DNA from: Pirellulales bacterium | GTDB taxonomy: Bacteria > Planctomycetota > Planctomycetia > Pirellulales > PALSA-1355 | Direction: 5' to 3' | Assembly: GCA_963733035.1 (NCBI GenBank) | Contig: CAVTBU010000007.1 | Span: 64,001-128,000 of the forward strand | DNA: 64,000 nt | Shown here: positions 43,643 to 54,454 of the stretch, piece after piece | Numbering within the stretch: the stretch's first letter is position 1 | Layout of the letters: each line of letters starts with the position of its first letter | Translations under genes and position numbers: made by a program | The notes under the pieces: generated by a model | What the model was told of the DNA's origin: nothing | Seen by the model: the letters and a program-made list of their open reading frames with translations, nothing else | The model's database searches: none

Positions 43643-44149
43643 GTGAACTTCAGCGTCGAGCAATTGCCCGCGGTCAACGCGACGCTGAACGGCGTCGCGG
43701 CGGTGCTACTGGTCGTCGGCTGGGCACTCATCAAGCAACGGCGCGAGCGGGCGCACAGGAACACGATGCTGGCCGCCTTTGCGGTCTCCGTGGTCTTTTT
43801 GGTCTGCTATCTGGTGTACCACTACCAGGTGGGCAGCGTGAAGTTCGCGGGCCCCAGCGGCGTGCGTGCCGTGTATTTGTCGATTCTGTTTAGCCACATC
43901 GTCCTGGCCGCCACGGTGCCGATTTTGGCCCTGATCACAATTTACCTGGGGTTGAAGGATCGGCGCGCAAGACATCGTCAATTTGCCCGCTGGACTTTTC
44001 CGATATGGTTATACGTATCCGTAACGGGGGTGGTCATTTACGTGATGTTGTATCACCTCTACCCACCGACCGAAGAGGCACTTATAATGAGGGCGTCGCC
44101 AGCCCCGGTGCAAAACGCACTCGGCAGCGACGGAGAGACAACGCCATGA
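43643..44149 (+). CDS. DUF420 (YozB/CtaM-like) membrane protein
   Basis: LPAVNATLN, HIVLA, WLYVSVTGVVIY. Confidence 0.9.
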   Translation: MNFSVEQLPAVNATLNGVAAVLLVVGWALIKQRRERAHRNTMLAAFAVSVVFLVCYLVYHYQVGSVKFAGPSGVRAVYLSILFSHIVLAATVPILALITIYLGLKDRRARHRQFARWTFPIWLYVSVTGVVIYVMLYHLYPPTEEALIMRASPAPVQNALGSDGETTP

Positions 44150-44445
44150 AAACACCCCGCAAGACAATCCGATTCGCTCGTCTGTTTGTGCCCGCCGTTG
44201 CCGCGGCCTTGGTGTTGGGCGTTGCATCGGCGGCCTTGGCCTGCCCAAGTTGCCAGGCGGCGCTCGGCGGCGACAAGTCGCAAGGCGATTTAGTGACGGG
44301 GCTCTTCTATAGCATCCTGTTCATGATGTCGATGCCCTTTGCGATCGTGGGCACGTTCGGCACGTTGGCCTATCGCGCCGTAAAGCGTGAACAGCGCCGT
44401 CAAGCGGCTCAGAAGGCCGAACGAGAAGCGGGCCAAGACGTCTAA
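44146..44445 (+). CDS. Small exported CxxC membrane protein
   Basis: Signal peptide ending ALA-CPSC, one TM helix; ATGA overlap with DUF420. Confidence 0.7.
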   Translation: MKTPRKTIRFARLFVPAVAAALVLGVASAALACPSCQAALGGDKSQGDLVTGLFYSILFMMSMPFAIVGTFGTLAYRAVKREQRRQAAQKAEREAGQDV

Positions 44446-44945
44446 CCGGTCACGCCGCTCGTTGGCTTCTTGGCCGCGGCTTGTTCCTTCGGCAGCGGGT
44501 CCCAATAGTGATCGAAGCCCAGCCAAATGCTGCGCGCGTAGCGAAAGAACCACATTGGAAAGATCACTGCGAACGCGGCGACCAACGCGAGCGCTGCCTG
44601 CGGCGAAACCCATTCGCTGAAAAACAGCGAAAAGTACAGCGCCGTCACGAGCAGGGCGGTAAGCCCGTAGTTCACGTAAATCGATCCGAGGAAGTAGCCC
44701 GGCTCTCGCTCGTACTTCAGTCCGCACGCGTTGCATTTCTTGTGCATGCGAATCCAGTTGGCGAACAGCTTGGTCTGGCCGCAGGCTGGACAGCGCAACC
44801 GCCAGGCCCGGCTGAGCGTGGTGAAATACGATCGGCCGACCTGTTCCGTTTGCTCGTACACGCGATAGTCTCCGCAGCAACCAGGCGACGGCGTTGAACG
44901 GCCCAACGTGGACCTCGTTCGTGCATGGCACAAGTCGGCCGTCAT
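44442..44945 (-). CDS. DUF983 zinc-ribbon membrane protein
   Basis: RCPACGQTKLF, CNACGLKYEREPGYFLG, two TM helices. Start is uncertain. Confidence 0.8.
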   Translation of the reverse strand: MTADLCHARTRSTLGRSTPSPGCCGDYRVYEQTEQVGRSYFTTLSRAWRLRCPACGQTKLFANWIRMHKKCNACGLKYEREPGYFLGSIYVNYGLTALLVTALYFSLFFSEWVSPQAALALVAAFAVIFPMWFFRYARSIWLGFDHYWDPLPKEQAAAKKPTSGVTG

Positions 44946-45002
44946 CCACTATCATAGACGACGGGCGGCCCGGTACGAGTCGCACGAGTTGATTTCACCA
45001 TA

Positions 45003-45059
45003 CACAGCTTCATCGATGCGCTGTATCGCATCACGGCTTCACTGATGCGCAGTATCGCA
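45003..45059. repeat. Tandem 28-bp direct repeat, period 29
   Basis: CACAGCTTCATCGATGCGCTGTATCGCA and CACGGCTTCACTGATGCGCAGTATCGCA, 24/28 identical. Confidence 0.8.
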
Positions 45060-45212
45060 CGCCTCATGCAACTCTTGGGTCTGGCTCTGGTGCCATTGGC
45101 CGTCTTGCTGCAGCTCAACTTGACCATCAGCGAGGGACAACTCCTGCTGATGGGGCTGGCGGCCTTCTGTTTGTTCTGGATTGGCCGCATTCTAGAGGGC
45201 TATGCCCGCTAG
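45045..45212 (+). CDS. 55-aa two-TM small protein (not in the ORF track)
   Basis: Manual translation: MRSIARLMQLLGLALVPLAVLLQLNLTISEGQLLLMGLAAFCLFWIGRILEGYAR*. Confidence 0.7.
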   Translation: MRSIARLMQLLGLALVPLAVLLQLNLTISEGQLLLMGLAAFCLFWIGRILEGYAR

Positions 45213-45450
45213 AATATGCCCGCTGGACGCGGCCCCGGCCCGTGCTGGCAAAGCCGGTACGATGCCCGTAGCTCTACCGGTGGGCCCCGATTTCGTTCTT
45301 TCCGCACTTTGGCCGCCGATCTATAATTAATGGCACGAAGAAAGACCGCGACTCTGTCGAGCTTTATCGGTGTTTCTGCCCCCCAGCACCCGGGCGGGGG
45401 TTTGGGCAACGGATCCTCGCGGCAGCCAACACGCGCGAAGGACGAGCTGC

Positions 45451-47877
45451 ATGAACCATCCTTGCCGAGCCACTACGGCAGCCTGGATGCGCACGCTCGC
45501 GAGACCACTCGCGAAGGTGCTCGTCTCGCTCGCGTTGCCCTTGGTTGCCGTGCCGGCCGCCGCCCAGTTCTCGAGCGGCCCGCTCGAGCTTTCGAGTTCG
45601 GTCACGCTCGACGAGGCCGATAGCGCCATTCGCACGCAGTTGGAGCGTGTCAAAGCGTACGTTGCCGACTCCCAGTGGGACGAAGCGGTCGAATCGCTGC
45701 GGCGGGTCATGGAGTCGGGCGGCGGCAAGATGATCGCCATCACTCCCACGCGATACGTCAACCTGGCCGACTATTGCCACGTGCAGATCGCCTCGCTGCC
45801 CGACGCAGGGTTGTCGCTGTACCGGCAACGCGTCGATGCATCGGCCCGGGCCGCCTACGAAGAGGCCGTCGAAACGCGCGACGCCAGCCGCCTGGCCGGC
45901 ATCGTCGATAATCTGTTTTGCAGTTCCTGGGGCGACGACGCCCTTTGGATGCTGGGCGAGATGGAACTCGAGCGTGGCCATTACAGTGCGGCGCGGCGAG
46001 CCTGGGAGATGCTCATCGAGTTGCCGCCCAGCCGCATACCGGCGCGGTTTTACGAAGCGTCCCGCAAGCTACCCAACATCGACGAGCTGACCGCGCGGAC
46101 GCTAGACAATTCATACATTCTCGAAGACTCTGGAGCCGAACCGTACTACCAGCTCCGTGTCAACGGGATCCTCTCGGACGCTGAATCGGCCGCGCTGGTG
46201 CGGTTTTGGAAGGCACGCGGTTTCCCGTTCGCCCGCCTGACGTACCCCGGCACTTCGCGGCCGCTGGCCGACGTTCGCGCGCGGCTGATTCTGGTTTCGG
46301 TGATGGAAGGCTCGCTCGATCGGGCTCGCGCTGAACTCGAGGCCTTCAATCAATTGCATCCGCAGGCGCGCGGTCGTCTGGCCGGACGCACCGTCGACTA
46401 TGCCGATACGCTCGGCGCGATGATTTCGGCGGCCGAGAGTTGGCCGGAACCCACGCCGCCTGATGATTGGCCCACGTTTGCCGGCGACTACACCCGAAAC
46501 CATATCACGCCGCGAAACTTGGATCTCGGTCCGGAAGCCTGGACCCCGATTTCGCTCGGCGAAGCGATTTCGGCCGATGCGGCAAACTCACGGGCGTTCA
46601 GTCTTCGTCGCATTGGCGAGGAGGCACAGCGGCTGATGAGTTATCACCCGGTCGTGGTCGGCGACCTGATCCTGGTGAACAATCAGAGCCAGATCTTCGC
46701 CTTTGATCGCAAGACCGGCAAACCCGCCTGGCCTGGCGATCCAATGCGTCCGCCCGGAGAAATCTACGCAGACGAAAGTGTGCGGCTCAGTAATACCCGC
46801 ATGAATCGTGGTTTGGGCGTGCCGCGATTCACGATGACCGTGCACGACGGCAAGCTGTTTGCCCGGCTAGGATCGCAGGTTACCGGACATCCGCTCGAAT
46901 CCTATGAAAGCCGCACCTCGGGCTACTTGGTGTGCCTCGATCTGTCGGCGCAAGGCCGCGTGATTTGGAAGCCCGATGGGCGCTTGATGCCAGATGACGA
47001 ACGCTGGGCATTCGAGGGCGCACCGGTGGTCGAGGGTCCAAATCTCTATGTTGCCATGCGGAAGAGCGACGTTCGTCCACAAGCGTATGTGGCTTGTTAC
47101 GAGGTGGAAACCGGCCGCCGTCGCTGGCGCACGCTGGTTTGCGCCGCCGAAACGCCTGGTGGCGGACAACTTCCCGAGATCACCCACAACCTGCTGACTT
47201 ACCACCAGGGTACGCTTTATTTCAACACGAACCTCGGTGCCGTTGCCGCGCTGTCGGCTCGCGAAGGCCGTCTGCAATGGGCCGCGCTTTACCCGCGAGC
47301 CAGGAAAGCCAGTCCCGACGGCAAGGACAAGCGGACGGCACATTTTTATCGCGATTTGAATCCCTGCGTCTACTACCGGGGCAAGCTGCTGGTGGCTCCG
47401 GCCGATTGCGAGTCGATCTTCGCCCTGGACGCCCTCAGCGGTGAGATGCTGTGGGAGAGCCGATTGCCGGAAGACGTGGTGCATTTGCTGGGAGTCGGAC
47501 ACGGCAACCTCCTGGCCAGCGGCGACACGTTGTGGTGGCTCGACGCCGAAGGGGGTAAGGTGCTTAAACGCTGGCCTGAAACGTCGCCGCTCGGTCACGG
47601 CCGCGGGGTTCTGATGGGCGACCAGGTCATTTGGCCGACCAACGAATCCTTGTTCGTCTTCGATCAGCAAGTCTCACAGACCGGACTGCCGCATTCGCCC
47701 ATTCTGCTTACCGAGCGCGGCGCGGCAGGGGGCAACCTCATCGCGGCCGGCGACCTCTTGCTGATCGCCACGCCGGAAAAACTGTTCGCCTTCCGCCAGC
47801 AAGGGCCAGCGCCGCCTCGGCGCATGCCTAACATGGCCCGAAATCCCGCCCGCCCACCTGCGCCGGCGAAACCCTAA
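45451..47877 (+). CDS. Exported TPR-like plus PQQ/BamB-like beta-propeller protein
   Basis: Signal peptide, helical N-terminus, DWPTFAGD; blades [22 protein letters not shown] and [11 protein letters not shown]. Confidence 0.85.
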   Translation: MNHPCRATTAAWMRTLARPLAKVLVSLALPLVAVPAAAQFSSGPLELSSSVTLDEADSAIRTQLERVKAYVADSQWDEAVESLRRVMESGGGKMIAITPTRYVNLADYCHVQIASLPDAGLSLYRQRVDASARAAYEEAVETRDASRLAGIVDNLFCSSWGDDALWMLGEMELERGHYSAARRAWEMLIELPPSRIPARFYEASRKLPNIDELTARTLDNSYILEDSGAEPYYQLRVNGILSDAESAALVRFWKARGFPFARLTYPGTSRPLADVRARLILVSVMEGSLDRARAELEAFNQLHPQARGRLAGRTVDYADTLGAMISAAESWPEPTPPDDWPTFAGDYTRNHITPRNLDLGPEAWTPISLGEAISADAANSRAFSLRRIGEEAQRLMSYHPVVVGDLILVNNQSQIFAFDRKTGKPAWPGDPMRPPGEIYADESVRLSNTRMNRGLGVPRFTMTVHDGKLFARLGSQVTGHPLESYESRTSGYLVCLDLSAQGRVIWKPDGRLMPDDERWAFEGAPVVEGPNLYVAMRKSDVRPQAYVACYEVETGRRRWRTLVCAAETPGGGQLPEITHNLLTYHQGTLYFNTNLGAVAALSAREGRLQWAALYPRARKASPDGKDKRTAHFYRDLNPCVYYRGKLLVAPADCESIFALDALSGEMLWESRLPEDVVHLLGVGHGNLLASGDTLWWLDAEGGKVLKRWPETSPLGHGRGVLMGDQVIWPTNESLFVFDQQVSQTGLPHSPILLTERGAAGGNLIAAGDLLLIATPEKLFAFRQQGPAPPRRMPNMARNPARPPAPAKP

Positions 47878-47893
47878 CTCGATCGGAACCGCC

Positions 47894-48949
<1,056 letters not shown>

Positions 48950-49815
48950 GCTCCAGGGCTTGGAGCTTCGCGCCCGCTCGATCGTCGAAGGCTACGTCTC
49001 CGGCGTGCATCGCAGTCCGTTTCATGGTTTCTCGATCGAGTTTGCCGAGCACCGGGAATACAGCCCGGGTGACGACCTGCGGTATGTCGATTGGAAAGTT
49101 TTCGGCAAGAGCGACAAAATCTACCTGAAACAGTACGAGGAAGAGACCAACCTCGTCTCTTATCTGCTGCTCGATACCAGCGAGAGTATGCGCTACAAGA
49201 GCGACCGGGCGGCGCTCTCGAAGCTCGAATACGCCCAGTGCGTCGCGGCAGCCCTCTCGTACCTCATCTTGCAGCAGCAAGACAGCGTGGGCCTGGCAAC
49301 GTTCGACAGTGAAATCCGTTCGCTCGTCCGTCCCAGCAGCAACCCCTCGCATCTCAAACAACTCTTGCACGTGATGGAGCACGCCGAGCCGCAGCGCAAA
49401 ACGCACACTGGGCCGATCTTTCATGATCTGGCCGAGCGGCTCAAACGCCGTGGGTTGGTGCTGATCCTCAGCGACCTGTTCGACGATGTGCCGTCGATGC
49501 TGGCCGGGCTGAAGCATTTTCGCCACCGCCGTCACGACGTGATCGTGTTTCACGTGCTCGACCCGGCGGAACTCGAGTTCCCATTCCGTCAGACAACCTT
49601 GTTTCGCGGAATGGAACAAATGCCCGACGTGCTGACCGACCCGCATGCCTTGCGGCAGGCCTATCTGGACGAATTCGGCAAGTTCCTGCAATCGGTGCGC
49701 AAAGGCTGCCGCGGCCAGCGAGTCGACTATGTACTACTCCGCACGGATCACTCTTTGGAAGTGGCGCTTTCCAGCTACATCGCTTCGCGTATGAATCGGA
49801 TTGCTTGATCGACGA

Positions 49816-52020
49816 ATGTTTACCGGCGTGCCACTGTTGGCGTTTGGCTTCGGCAACCTCCTCATGTTGGGATGGTTGGCGGCGGCCGCTGCGCCGATTT
49901 TGATTCACCTTTGGAACAAGCGCCGCTATCGCGAAGTTTCCTGGGCCGCCATTGAATACCTGCTAGCCGCGATGCGGAAGAACTCGCGCCGCATGCGGAT
50001 TGAGCAGCTCATTTTGCTGATCATGCGCACGGCCATCATCGTGCTGCTGGTGCTGGCCGTGGCACAGCCGTTTTTCAACCAGATCGGATTGCCGTTTGTA
50101 CCGGGCCAGCGAACGCTCAAGGTGCTCGTGCTCGACGGTTCCTATTCCATGGCCTATAAGCCGACCGACAAGAGCCGCTTCGATCGGGCCAAGGAGCTCG
50201 CCGAACAGATTGTCGACGAGAGCGCACAAGGGGACGCGTTCACGTTGATTTTGATGGGCGATCCACCCCAGGTGGTCGTCGGCACGCCCGCCGTGGAACC
50301 GTCCGATTTCGTGCAGGAGATTGAAAACCTGTCGCTACCCCATGGCGGAGCCGATTTGCCGGCCGCATTGGATCAAGTCGAGCGGGTGTGCCAGTCCGCT
50401 TCGAGCGCCGGCTTGTCGCGGACCGAGGTCTATTTCCTCACAGATCTGGGCCGCAACACCTGGGTGCCCGAGGCAAAGGACGCGGCCGTGTCCGACTACC
50501 GGCAGCGACTGGATCGACTGGCCGCGCAGGCGTCCCTGGTCGTGCTCGACCTGGGACAGACCGGCTGCGAGAATCTGGCCGTCACGTCCGTTGACGCCGG
50601 CGCGCCTTTCATCACGACGGCCCACGAGGCAGCGCTGTCTGCTCAAGTTCGCAATTTCGGCGGCCAGGCCCGGGAGCATCAGTTGGTCGAATTGCACGTC
50701 GATGGGCGGCGCGTCAAGGAGAGCTATGTCGACGTTGCCGCGGGCGAGCAGGCGACAATTGCCTTCAACCATCGTTTCGACGCGCCGGGCGATCACGTGG
50801 TCGAGGTTCGCCTGGAAACCGACCTGCTCGACGTGGACAATCACCGCTGGCTTTCGGTACCAGTGAAAGATCACGTCCGTGTGCTGTGCGTCAACGGCAA
50901 GCCCGGCTCGGGGCCGATGACCGGCGCTACGGATTATTTGGCTCTGGCGCTCAATCCGGGCAGCGGCGATTCTCAATCGTCCAGCGTCGTGACGGCCGAG
51001 GTGATCGCAGAAAGCGCGCTGTTGGAGCGCGACCTAACGCAGTACGACTGCATTTTTCTCTGCAACGTGGCGCAGTTCACCTCGAGCGAGGCGCGATTGC
51101 TCGACGGCGTGTTGCAGCGCGGCGGAGGACTGGTATTTTTTCTCGGCGATCAGGTGTTGGCCGATCGCTACAATCGCGAACTCGGCGGCGAACAGGGAGT
51201 GCGGATCTTGCCGGCCAAACTCGGCAAGGTCGTGCGCAAAGCGCAATACCAATATCGCTTCGACCCGCTCGACTACCGGCATCCGCTGGTCGACGTATTC
51301 AAAGGTCGCGAACAATCGGGGCTGCTTACCACGCCGGTCTACACATATTTTCACCTGGACGTCGATCCCGACGCCAAGGCCCGCGTTGCGTTGGCCTTTG
51401 AAGGGGGCGATCCGGCAATCGTCGAAGAAGCGATCCATCGGGGCCGTTCGATTCTGGTGGCCACCGAGTGCTCGCGGTCGTCGGTCGATCCAACGAGCCA
51501 CGATCCCTGGACGACAATGCCCGTCTGGCCGAGCTTCGTGCCGCTGGTGCAGGAACTTGTGGGCTTGGCCGTCAGCGGACAGAAGGCCGAACACAACGTC
51601 GAGGTCGGCCAGACGCTTGGCGAATCGTTGGCCGCAATTGCCAGTCGGGCCACGGTCAGTGTTACCAACCCGGCCGGGGCGACCGAGGAAGTTCGCATGA
51701 CGCTCGATCCGACGAGCAGTCGGTGGTCGTACACCGACACACAGCAGAGCGGTGTCTATCAAGTTGCACTCGGCGCGCCGCTCGGCGGCGAAGAGGCCTT
51801 TGCCGTGAACGTGGACACGGCCGAAAGCGACCTGACCAAGATCGACCCCGACGAACTTCCTCGCCAGTTCGCCACGCATCGGCAGACAAACCTCGACGAT
51901 GTCGAGTCGCCCACGATTCAAAAACGCAGCGGCCTGCACAAATTGTTGCTCTACTGCGTGCTCGGTCTGCTGTTGACCGAAACGTTTTTCGCCTGGTGGT
52001 TTGGACGCGCAACGCGATGA
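49816..52020 (+). CDS. BatA-domain / VWA membrane protein
   Basis: N-terminal double-TM (PILIHLW...LAVAQP), MIDAS DGSYSM, Ig-like and GATase-like segments, C-terminal TM. Confidence 0.85.
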   Translation: MFTGVPLLAFGFGNLLMLGWLAAAAAPILIHLWNKRRYREVSWAAIEYLLAAMRKNSRRMRIEQLILLIMRTAIIVLLVLAVAQPFFNQIGLPFVPGQRTLKVLVLDGSYSMAYKPTDKSRFDRAKELAEQIVDESAQGDAFTLILMGDPPQVVVGTPAVEPSDFVQEIENLSLPHGGADLPAALDQVERVCQSASSAGLSRTEVYFLTDLGRNTWVPEAKDAAVSDYRQRLDRLAAQASLVVLDLGQTGCENLAVTSVDAGAPFITTAHEAALSAQVRNFGGQAREHQLVELHVDGRRVKESYVDVAAGEQATIAFNHRFDAPGDHVVEVRLETDLLDVDNHRWLSVPVKDHVRVLCVNGKPGSGPMTGATDYLALALNPGSGDSQSSSVVTAEVIAESALLERDLTQYDCIFLCNVAQFTSSEARLLDGVLQRGGGLVFFLGDQVLADRYNRELGGEQGVRILPAKLGKVVRKAQYQYRFDPLDYRHPLVDVFKGREQSGLLTTPVYTYFHLDVDPDAKARVALAFEGGDPAIVEEAIHRGRSILVATECSRSSVDPTSHDPWTTMPVWPSFVPLVQELVGLAVSGQKAEHNVEVGQTLGESLAAIASRATVSVTNPAGATEEVRMTLDPTSSRWSYTDTQQSGVYQVALGAPLGGEEAFAVNVDTAESDLTKIDPDELPRQFATHRQTNLDDVESPTIQKRSGLHKLLLYCVLGLLLTETFFAWWFGRATR

Positions 52021-54398
52021 GCGGAACCTTGCCAGATTGGCTCGAGCGATGGCTCGGCGTGGACGCCGCCAGCCCGGGCGAGGGTACGGCCTGGACGCTC
52101 GAAAACACCTGGAGTTGGGCACCCTGGGCGACGTTGCTGTTCGTGCTGTTGGCCGTCGCTTGGGTCACCTTCATCTACGCGCGCGAGAGCACTTCGACGG
52201 GCCGCGCGGTGCGGGCCCTGCTGATCGCGATTCGCCTGGCGTTGGTGGCGATTGTGGTCTTCATGCTGGCCGAATTCACGCTCTCGCTTCGCCGCACGGG
52301 GCTGCCGACGGTGGCCGTGCTGGTCGACGACTCGGCCAGCATGGGAATTCAAGACCGCTACGACGAAAAGCGGCTGCAGTCGCTGGTGGCCAAGCGCATT
52401 GAATCGGCCGAGCTCGAGTCGCCCGATCGTCTCGGCCTGGCCAAGACCGTGCTGCTCAAAAAAGGCACGAACCTGCTCGAGTCCGTCGAGCGACGCTACC
52501 GTCTGAAGCTGTACTTTGTGTCCAGCGCCGCACGAGCGGAGGAAGGCAACCTGGCGGCGATGCGGAAAGCCGTTGAGCAACTGCAGCCGCAGGGAGAAAG
52601 CTCGCGACTGGGGGCCGGTGTGCGACGCGTGCTGGGCGATTTGCGCGGCTCGCCTCCCGCGGCCATCATTCTGCTTAGCGACGGTGTCAACACCGACGGC
52701 GAAAGCCTCGAAGACGCCGCTCGCTATGCGCGTCAAAAGGGAGTGCCGCTGTTCACCGTGGGCATCGGCAGCGAACAGCCGCTGCGCGATCTGGAACTGG
52801 CGGATCTATTGGTCGACGATGTCGTGTTCGTCGACGACGTGGTGAACTTCGAATACAAACTCACCGGCCGGGGACTGGCCGGCAAAACGGTCGAAGTCGT
52901 GTTGCATGAAAAAGACGACAACGTGGTGCTTGCTCGGATGAAAGTCGTCATCGACCAGGACGGTAAGCCGCAGCGGCTGCACTTGCCCTATCGACCCAAC
53001 CAGGTTGGCGAATTTGAATACGTGCTCGAAGTCGAGCATTTGCCCGACGAGGCCCAGCCCGACAATAACAGCCAGCTTCGGCTGATCAGCGTTCGCAAGG
53101 AGCAAATCAAGGTGCTGCTTGTGCAGGGTTATCCAAACTTCGAGTTCCGCTATCTCAAGCACATGCTCGAACGAGATAGCACGATTCAACTTAAAACGGT
53201 GCTTCAAGATGCCGACCTCGAGTATGCCGAGTTGGATGAGACCGCGCTGCGCGTGTTTCCGGTGCGCCGCGAAGAGCTGTTCGACTTCGACGTCGTGATC
53301 TTCGGTGACGTCAACCCGACGTATCTCAGCACGAGCGTAATGGCCAACCTGCACGACTTCGTTGAGAAGAAGGGGGGAGGTGTCGCCTTCATTGCCGGCC
53401 CGCGCCATATGCCACTCAGCTACGGCGGTACGCCCATCGAGCCGCTCCTGCCGATCGATCTGTCCAGCGTCAGCGTTCCCGATCCGAGCCAGCCGATCGA
53501 AGAGGGCTTCGTTCCCCGGCCGACGGACTTGGGGATGGTCAGCCCGCAGATGCAGTTGGGCGACAATGCCGCCGAGACGGCCCGCATCTGGGCGGACTTG
53601 CCACCGATGTTTTGGCTGGCCGACGTCCAGCAAGTGAAACCGGCCGCGCGCGTCCTGGCCGAACATCCGACGCGGTTGGCCGCTGATGGAGGTCCGCTGG
53701 GCGTATTCATCATGCAATATGTCGGCGCCGGCAAAGTGCTGTTTCACGCCACCGACGATACCTGGCGCTGGCGCTTTCGCGTGGGCGACGTGTACTTTGC
53801 CCGCTACTGGGTGCAGGCCGTGCGTTATCTTAGCCGGTCGAAACTGCTCGGCCAGGATACCGACGTCGAACTGACGGCCGACCGTCGCGAGTATCGACGC
53901 GGAGAGCCCGTGCAACTGCGCGTGCGATTCATCGATGAACGACAGGCGCCGGTAGCCGATGACGGAGTGACGGTCATCCTCGAGCGCGAGGGACAGCCGA
54001 ACCAGCGCGTCAAGCTGGTCCGCAACGCGACCAACCGCGGCATCTTCGAAGGTTCGTTCAACGAAGCGGTCGACGGCAAGTATCATGCCTGGGTCAGCAC
54101 GCCCACGCTCGAAGGCCAGGCCGCGGGAACCGACTTCCTCGTCGTTGCGCCCCCCGGCGAGTTGGAACGCATTCAGATGGATGCTGGGACGCTCAAGTTG
54201 GTGGCCGATGAAACGCGAGGTCGCTTCTACCGTATTCGTGACGTCGATCGACTACCCGGCGACTTGCCGCCCGGTAATCAGGTGCCCATTGAAACTCTGC
54301 CTCCCGAAGTGCTGTGGAATCGTTGGTGGCTCCTGGCAGCTTTCTTGGGTTTGATCACGTCGGAATGGATTCTTCGTAAACGCAAGGGAATGTTATAA
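52017..54398 (+). CDS. VWA plus GATase1-like membrane protein
   Basis: DDSASM, LLSDG, FDVVIFGD, GGGVAFIAG, TDDTWRWR, C-terminal EWILRK. Confidence 0.85.
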   Translation: MSGTLPDWLERWLGVDAASPGEGTAWTLENTWSWAPWATLLFVLLAVAWVTFIYARESTSTGRAVRALLIAIRLALVAIVVFMLAEFTLSLRRTGLPTVAVLVDDSASMGIQDRYDEKRLQSLVAKRIESAELESPDRLGLAKTVLLKKGTNLLESVERRYRLKLYFVSSAARAEEGNLAAMRKAVEQLQPQGESSRLGAGVRRVLGDLRGSPPAAIILLSDGVNTDGESLEDAARYARQKGVPLFTVGIGSEQPLRDLELADLLVDDVVFVDDVVNFEYKLTGRGLAGKTVEVVLHEKDDNVVLARMKVVIDQDGKPQRLHLPYRPNQVGEFEYVLEVEHLPDEAQPDNNSQLRLISVRKEQIKVLLVQGYPNFEFRYLKHMLERDSTIQLKTVLQDADLEYAELDETALRVFPVRREELFDFDVVIFGDVNPTYLSTSVMANLHDFVEKKGGGVAFIAGPRHMPLSYGGTPIEPLLPIDLSSVSVPDPSQPIEEGFVPRPTDLGMVSPQMQLGDNAAETARIWADLPPMFWLADVQQVKPAARVLAEHPTRLAADGGPLGVFIMQYVGAGKVLFHATDDTWRWRFRVGDVYFARYWVQAVRYLSRSKLLGQDTDVELTADRREYRRGEPVQLRVRFIDERQAPVADDGVTVILEREGQPNQRVKLVRNATNRGIFEGSFNEAVDGKYHAWVSTPTLEGQAAGTDFLVVAPPGELERIQMDAGTLKLVADETRGRFYRIRDVDRLPGDLPPGNQVPIETLPPEVLWNRWWLLAAFLGLITSEWILRKRKGML

Positions 54399-54454
54399 TT
54401 GCGGCGCTGGTGACGGCCCCACGACGTCGCCGGGCGCAAGAGGATGATTTGTGC

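Noticed and set aside
45003..45059. CRISPR mini-array
   Set aside because: Only two adjacent copies, no spacer and no cas genes.
45451..47877. PQQ dehydrogenase (methanol oxidation, given the neighbouring moxR)
   Set aside because: No vicinal Cys-Cys or MxaF/XoxF motifs; it looks like a BamB-like scaffold propeller.
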